In this document: positions 57,157 to 64,000 of the stretch, piece by piece
How the letters are laid out: each line of letters begins with the position of its first letter
Position numbering within the stretch: the stretch's first letter is position 1
The notes under the pieces: generated by a model
Database searches by the model: none
The model's input: only the letters and a program-made list of their open reading frames with translations
What the model was told of the DNA's origin: nothing
Made by a program: the position numbers and the translations under genes
Assembly: GCA_951406725.2 (NCBI GenBank)
Contig: CATOCA020000001.1
Location: 1,302,001 to 1,366,000 of the forward strand
Length of the DNA: 64,000 nt
Reading direction: 5' to 3'
DNA from: Octopus vulgaris
Lineage: Eukaryota

Positions 57157-60100
57157 GGAGGAGGGGGAGAACACCGGGGACGTTTAACATGTGGGAACGA
57201 TAAAACCTCGTTCCGAAATCTATCCACAAACATCGAAAACAAAGACATCATATGGAGCCAAAAATTAACTGACAAAGGATTGGACTATATCCGAATAAGT
57301 AATGCTCATTGAAATTTATTACTATTTTCCAAACGAAATAATGTATTTTTACTCGATATCATCTCCACCTCTAACACAACACATGTAAACATGCTCGATA
57401 CATTACGATCCATCAACACCAGATCATCTCCGGCCCCAAACACCATGTACAAAAAAACTACAAAGAAATTTAATAACACCGATATTATTCAACCCAAGAA
57501 TAACAATCGGGAAGTACGTACTTTAAACTTACAACATAAAGTGTACGAAAAACTACGCGTGCAAAACAATGTGACAAGAGAAATGAACGGACAGGTACCC
57601 TACGAAAATGACGACCGTCAAAATAATGGGCCGGACGTTGTTCCTCAAGTCCCGCAAGTAAAACCCAAAAGACATAAATGGACATGTGAGGGATACATTT
57701 CTATCCTACACGCTTACTTTACAGCAGTGCTCTACCCAAAGAATGAAAACACAACACATACTTATAAAATATGGAAGGAAAATAACATAAATATAGACTT
57801 GGATACAGCAATGAACCCTAATAAATTAGCTAACGTACGAAGATATATTCTCAATACAAAAAAAATATCAGAAATAGAAATAGAACATTTAAAAGAAAAA
57901 ATGCATCAGGGAAATGTAGATAGAAGCCACACAACAATGCCCAATAATATAAACACTAAAACAGTAAAACACGAAGACAAACGTAACATTTCCAACAAAA
58001 ATGATGTAAACAAAAAAAAAACAACAAACCCAGACCGTAAGGATGCATAATAATACACGACAAACAGCAAGCCAAAACACAACAGACAAACATACGAAAG
58101 TGAAAAAAAGCGACACAAATCTAAAACCTGTAAACAACAAAGAGGAGCCTAATGATTATGATACTATAAAATTAGAATAATCAAAGAACTGAAAACCACA
58201 GATCTCAAAATGGACCACCGACCATACCTCCCAAAAGTCAAAATAGACAAAACAACAACATCAATTATAAACAGCATATACCTAGCCATCACATAACTAA
58301 TAGCCACTGAAACAAATAGCGATATCACTGAGCTAAATGACTTAGTATATGCAGCAGCCACTGCAGCCACAAAAGAAGCTGGATACTCACTCAAACCCAT
58401 CCAAACAGAAGTAACACCACCCAAACAAACCCTGTGGATAAATAACATCCAAAAGAAAATACAAAAAATAGAAAAGATCTGTCGATTCTTAACGAAATCA
58501 GTAGACAATCAACGCTACTAAGCAACAAAAAGAAAACAAAAATATTGTGCAAATACAACATCACAGAAAAAGATTTACCTGAGATAAAAGAAAAACTAAG
58601 GCAAGATATCCTTGCGAAAGCACAAAGGATCCGCCGGTAAGAGAAACGCCAACGTTTCTTTGAACAAAACTAACAGTTCAACTCCAACCCGAAAAAGTTC
58701 TACCAAGAACTTGGCAAGAATAAAATAGACATCACTGCAGCACCAACGGCAGAAGAAGTGGAAGAATTCTGGAAAGGAATATGGTCGGCGAATGAACAAC
58801 CAAAAAAAAGGTGTATTAAAACAACAAACATAGCATCTGAGAAACTTTGGACCCCCATAACAAGTGAAGAGGTCAGCCAGGCACTGCAGAGACTAAGCAA
58901 CTGGAAGGCACCTGGGCATGACAAGATCCCCAACTTCTGGTTGAAATATCTACCAGGAATACACAAAACGCTGGCTGAAAGCTTTAACAACATACTGGCA
59001 GAGCCAGAGACAATGCTTGAATTGCTCACGAAGGGGAAAACCATCTTAATTCCCAAATGCAATGGGACAGCAAAACCAGAAAACTACAGACCTATAACCT
59101 CTCTCCCTACAATGTACAAAGCATTTACTGCAGTAATATCACAAGGATTAAACAAGCACCTGGACGAAAACAACCTGTTCCCAGAAGAGGAGAAGGAATG
59201 TCTCAAAGGCGTTTGATAGCATCCCCCACACATGGATCCTCAAAACACTAGCCATTAACAAAGTAGCACCAACAATTATAAAATTCATAGGACACTCTAT
59301 GTATAAATGGCAAACAGTGCTACAGCTCCAAACAAAAGAGGGACTCATGAAAACCAAAGCCATCCCCATTAGAAGAAAAATATTCCAGGGAGACACGCTC
59401 TCTCCACTCCTTTTCTGGTTAGCACTGTCACCTCTATCTGATATGCTAAATATACCTGGATGCGGATATAAATGCTACGGCAAAACGATCAGCCACCTTT
59501 TATATATGGATGACCTAAAACTATGCCCTGCAAATGACAAACAGCTGGAAAAACTATGAAAGACAGTTCATGGATTTACCAAAGAAATAGATATGAAATT
59601 TGGATTAGAGAAATGCGCCAAAGTAACCATGAAAAGAGGAAAACTAGTTAAGAGTAGCAACATCACACTAGATGAAGCAAATGAAATAAAAGAATTAGAC
59701 AAAACCAAACTTACAAATACTTAGGAATCCATGAACTAGATAAGACACAACACACACAAATGAAAGAGAAAATAAAAAAAGAATATTATAGACGAGATAG
59801 ATCAATACTAAAAACAGAGCTTAATGCTAAAAACAAGATAATAGGTATTAACACTTTAGCCGTTCCAGTAATAATTTACAGCTACAACATCCTTAACTGG
59901 ACACTAAATGAACTGACCAAAATAGATAGGAAAACAAGAAAAATAATGTCAGGATCTAGGATGTATCACCCAAACTCTGACACACAAAGACTATGTATAC
60001 AACGTATAGAAGGTGGTAGAGGCCTTATACAGCTGGAAAACTACTATAAAATAAATACAATAGGACTGCAAAAATATCTACTTCAGAAGGAAGGAAAACT

Positions 60101-61258
60101 GATACAAATAGCGGCAAAACACGAGCAAAACAAAAAACTGTTCTCAGTATTTAAGGATGTTGACAAATACAAACAAGAAATCATACCACCTAACAAATAT
60201 GAAAAAGAAGAAGAAGGAGAGGAAGAAGAAGAAGAAGAAGAAGAAGAAGAAGAAGAAGAAGAAGAAGAAGAAGAAGAAGAAGAAGAAGAAGAAGAAGAAG
60301 AAGAAGAAGATGAAGAAACAACAAAAGGTATAAAACAAATGAAATCCAAACTAAAACTAGAACAGCAAAGAACCATGATAGGCGATGGAAAGAAAAGCCC
60401 CTTCATGGTAAATACTGCACTAAACTAAACGCAAAAGAAATAGACAAAGAAAAATCCCAGCAATGGTTGAGAAGCTCAGGACTCAAAGCAGAGACAGAGG
60501 GAATTTTAATTGCAGCACAAGAGCAAACCTCCCACCACCACCACCAGAAATTACCAAAGACATGTAATGAAAAGAAATATAACAAGTAACTGCACAATAT
60601 GTGGAGATGGACAAGAAACTATAAATCATATTATCTCTGGCTGCCCAGTCCTGGCTATGAAGGAATATATTCACAGACACGACAGTGTTGGGACCTACAT
60701 ACACTGGAAGCTATGCCAACATTATGGAATAACAACAGAAAAAAGATGGTATAAGCACACGCCAGAAAAGATGACAGAAGACGAGAAAGCAACCATACTC
60801 TGGGATATGCCGATACACACAGATAGAGAAATTAAAGCCAACAGACCAGATATAGTTGTCAGAGATCATGAAGAAAAAAAAAAACTTTCTAATTGATGTA
60901 TCAATACCAGCAGATGACAACGTGAATCTAAAAGAAATGGAGAAACTTTCAAAATACAAAACCTGGGAATAGAGGTAACTAGAATGTGGAATCTAAAAAC
61001 AGAAACAATTCCTATCATAGTAGTTGCATTAGGCATGATAAAAAAATATTCAGACAAATACGTAACAAAAACACCAGGACTTACAAACACATATAACATA
61101 CAGAAAATTGCACTACTAGGCACTGCACACATCCTACGCAGAACACTTTCCATACAATAACCATCAGAGCATCACAACAAATCACAGCACATACCCAAGG
61201 CACACAGAGCTGCGCTCGGTAGTGAAGTGAAAGCACGCTATAAAAAATAAAACTACTG
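57154..61258 (+). mobile_element. R4/Dong-clade non-LTR retrotransposon (RT + restriction-like endonuclease), decayed
   Basis: RHKWT..NKLANVRRYI; NWKAPGHD, YRPITSL, IFQGDTLSPL, HLLYMDDLK; CTICG..ETINHIISGC, RHDSV, NRPDIV, IDVSIP, KY; (AAT)n on both sides; internal RT deletion near 59215. Confidence 0.93.
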
Positions 61259-61259
61259 A

Positions 61260-61345
<86 letters not shown>

Positions 61346-62730
61346 TATAATAATAATTATAATTATAATTATAATTATAATAATAATAATAATAATAATT
61401 TTAGAACGAAGAAGATGAAGAAGAAGAAAAACAAGAAGAAGAAGGAAAATAATAATAATAATAATAAGAAGAAGAAGAAGAAAACGACAACAACAACAAC
61501 AACAATAACATCGAAGAAGTCGATGATGAAGAAAAAGTAATATAAGTAGCAAGAAAACAGAAAAGTTGGACAAGCAAAACAATAACAAGAAAATTTGGGA
61601 ATGAGGATAGAAATGATAATAAAAATATATCAACATAAGTAAAATTATCAGACATACACACAGACACAAACGTACGAGGGACACAGCAGACGTTGTTTTA
61701 TGTTGTGGACGACTAGTTACATTAACATCCTTCCTAAAGGAATTGAAACGGTATATACAGCCATCACACTGGACAGGTTGACCAAATTGCCCCAGCTGTA
61801 GCTCACTGTACAAATAGAAAATGACGACTACCAACTTCAGCACGTCATGTAATTGTAGAGTTTAAAATAAATCATATTATTGAATCAGTATCTCAAAAGA
61901 GTGAGGATGAATATATTTCTATACGTTCTTTTCTTGAAGTGAGTATAACTCTGCATAAATATATATTTCATAATATACCCACCTATAGACACAAATGCAA
62001 ACATAGATATTCACGTGCAATCGTACACTCATACACACAATGTTAGACATTAATGCAGGCACATAGAGACACAAACAATCATAGACACCTTCATACACAC
62101 TGTAGCATGAAGATAGTAGCAGAACATTAGTTAGAGATAGAGAGAGAAAAAGGAAGATGAGAAGACATTAAGTTTCTAGAAAAAATTAATAAATAAAATA
62201 ATATCAAAAAACTTAACCAACTTACAAGAGGCTTAAACTTGGAAGATCTTGAAAGGATCCTTGTAGGATTGTTGTGATCATATTCCCATCTAGATGTCTG
62301 AAAAATAAAACACAGTTCAAAAGAAAGAGTGTTAAAAAGATTTCTTATAAAATATTAAATCTTGTATCTTTAGAATGATATTAATAAAAAGAGGATGGTG
62401 AAGGAGAAAATGGCCGCGATGAAGTTGTTGATGATATGGAGGATGAGGATTGCGATGTTGATTGTACATGTAATAATGACGGTGAGAAGGAAAAATGATG
62501 ATGATTATTATCGAAAACGATGACAAACGCTACCGATTAATTGGTGATGAAGACGTTGATTATTATGACGTTCATAACGAAGGTGATGATGATTCTGCAT
62601 GCTAGAAATAGCAGAGTAAATGAGGGAAGGAAATAGTTATGATGACATGATAAATCATAACGATTAGTGAATATGAAAATATGATTAGCAGAAGGACAAT
62701 CATGGCGTTGAAGATTATAATGATGATGAC

Positions 62731-62762
<32 letters not shown>

Positions 62763-63295
62763 CGACGACGACGACGATGAGGATGATGATGACGATGATG
62801 ATGGTGACGATCGTGACGATGATGATGATGAAAGATGTGATGAAAAATTAGAAACTAATAAGAATAACGAAGAAGGTGAAGGAAAATAAATCATAGGACG
62901 GATAAATATAGAGAAGAAGAAGAAGAAGAAGAAGAAGAAGAAGAAGAAGAAGAAGAAGAAGAAGAAGAAGAAGAAGAAGAAGAAGAAGAAGAAGAAGAAG
63001 AAGAAGAAGAAGAAGAAGAAGAAGAAGAAGAAGAAGAAGAAGAAGAAGAAGCGAAAATGATTCATGAAAAGAGGAGAAATCAGTTGAAAAAATTAAAAGC
63101 AGAAGAACCAGAAAATGATGAACAAGATGAATGTAGAGAAAAAGTTGTGAAGAAGACGATAAATGCAGGAAAAGAAGATATATTAAGACAAGAAAAATGA
63201 CGTGGAATATCAGAATGGGGAAACAAGTGGGAATAAAAGAATATTAATACAAATACTGTACTCACACATCAAACAAACGCAAACATATATATATA

Positions 63296-63363
<68 letters not shown>

Positions 63364-63372
63364 TATATATAT

Positions 63373-64000
63373 ACACCAACCTTTCCATCCCCTATTCCCA
63401 ATTCCTCCGTCGACGTAGGCTCTGTAGTGACGACCATGACATTGAGACTCAGTCTCAACTCATGGCTCGCCACTTCATCCTACGTGGATACCCCCTCATC
63501 ACTATCCACACCGCCCTTGCCAGAGCACGTTCCGTAGACCGTGCATGTGCTCTCTCCCCCCGAACCCGCCCTGAAATCTCCCTCCTCCCTTTCCCCTCAC
63601 TTACCACCCCACCAGCCTACCTCTCCAACGCACCATTCTTCGAGCTTCCCGGCATCTCCAGTCCGACCCGTCCACTTCACACCACTTTCCAAACCGACCC
63701 CTCCCCTCCTTCAAACGAGCGCATAACCTACGAGTTCTCTTGGCCCACAGCTTTTTTCCAGACCCTCCCTCCCAACCTGGCTCGTTCCCCTGCTCCTGCC
63801 TACGCTGCTGCACTTGTCCTTACCTCTCCAACACCACCCTCTTCACCGGTACCCATCATCGACCCTATCGCATCATCGACTCCTTCATCTGCACCTCCAG
63901 CAATATCATCTATTGCATCTCCTGCTCTCTCTGCCATTCCCTGTACATCGGACAAACGGGACGCCCCTTGGTTGACCGGTTCGTGGAACACCTCCGAGAC
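63373..64000 (+). mobile_element. Penelope-like element 3' coding region (RT thumb, Zn linker, GIY-YIG), running off the window
   Basis: SIPYSQFLRRRRLCS, RGYP, LTYHP, FKRAHNL, PCSCLRCCTC, CTSSNIIYCISCSLC..LYIGQTGRPL..RF.EH. Confidence 0.9.

Noticed and set aside
57154-57235. Ribozyme at the 5' end of the Dong-like element (GGAACGA/TCGTTCC hairpin + GAAA)
   Set aside because: No CUGANGA core, and I could not build an HDV or twister fold by eye; needs a covariance search.

Overview
Repeat-saturated animal genomic DNA with no recognisable host gene. The tRNA-derived SINEs resemble Octopus SINEs as I recall them, so a cephalopod origin is an inference. The window is a mosaic of transposons separated by (TA)n, (CATA)n, (AAT)n, (GAA)n and (GAT)n microsatellites. 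It holds four Penelope-like (PLE) remnants, a near-intact Tc1 (DD34E), mariner/maT relics, several Helitrons (one split by a Gypsy element), two young CR1-type LINEs, an R4/Dong-type LINE inside (AAT)n, and Tx1/L1-clade LINEs. About 14-25 kb is duplicated, with rearrangement, at about 54-63 kb. Main leads: (1) a Tx1-like nest in which a full-length element and an ORF1-only partner both sit at the same homologous site in an older ORF1 of their own family, suggesting self-targeting; (2) about a dozen type I hammerhead-like motifs, most with a palindromic stem III, including a non-coding 563-nt retrozyme-like unit; (3) a U-UUU-UUA -1 frameshift signal joining CR1 ORF1 to an AUG-less ORF2; (4) a SINE/LINE shared 3' tail with covarying stem; (5) a Dong insertion whose empty paralogous site is in the same window. 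All alignments and counts were done by eye.
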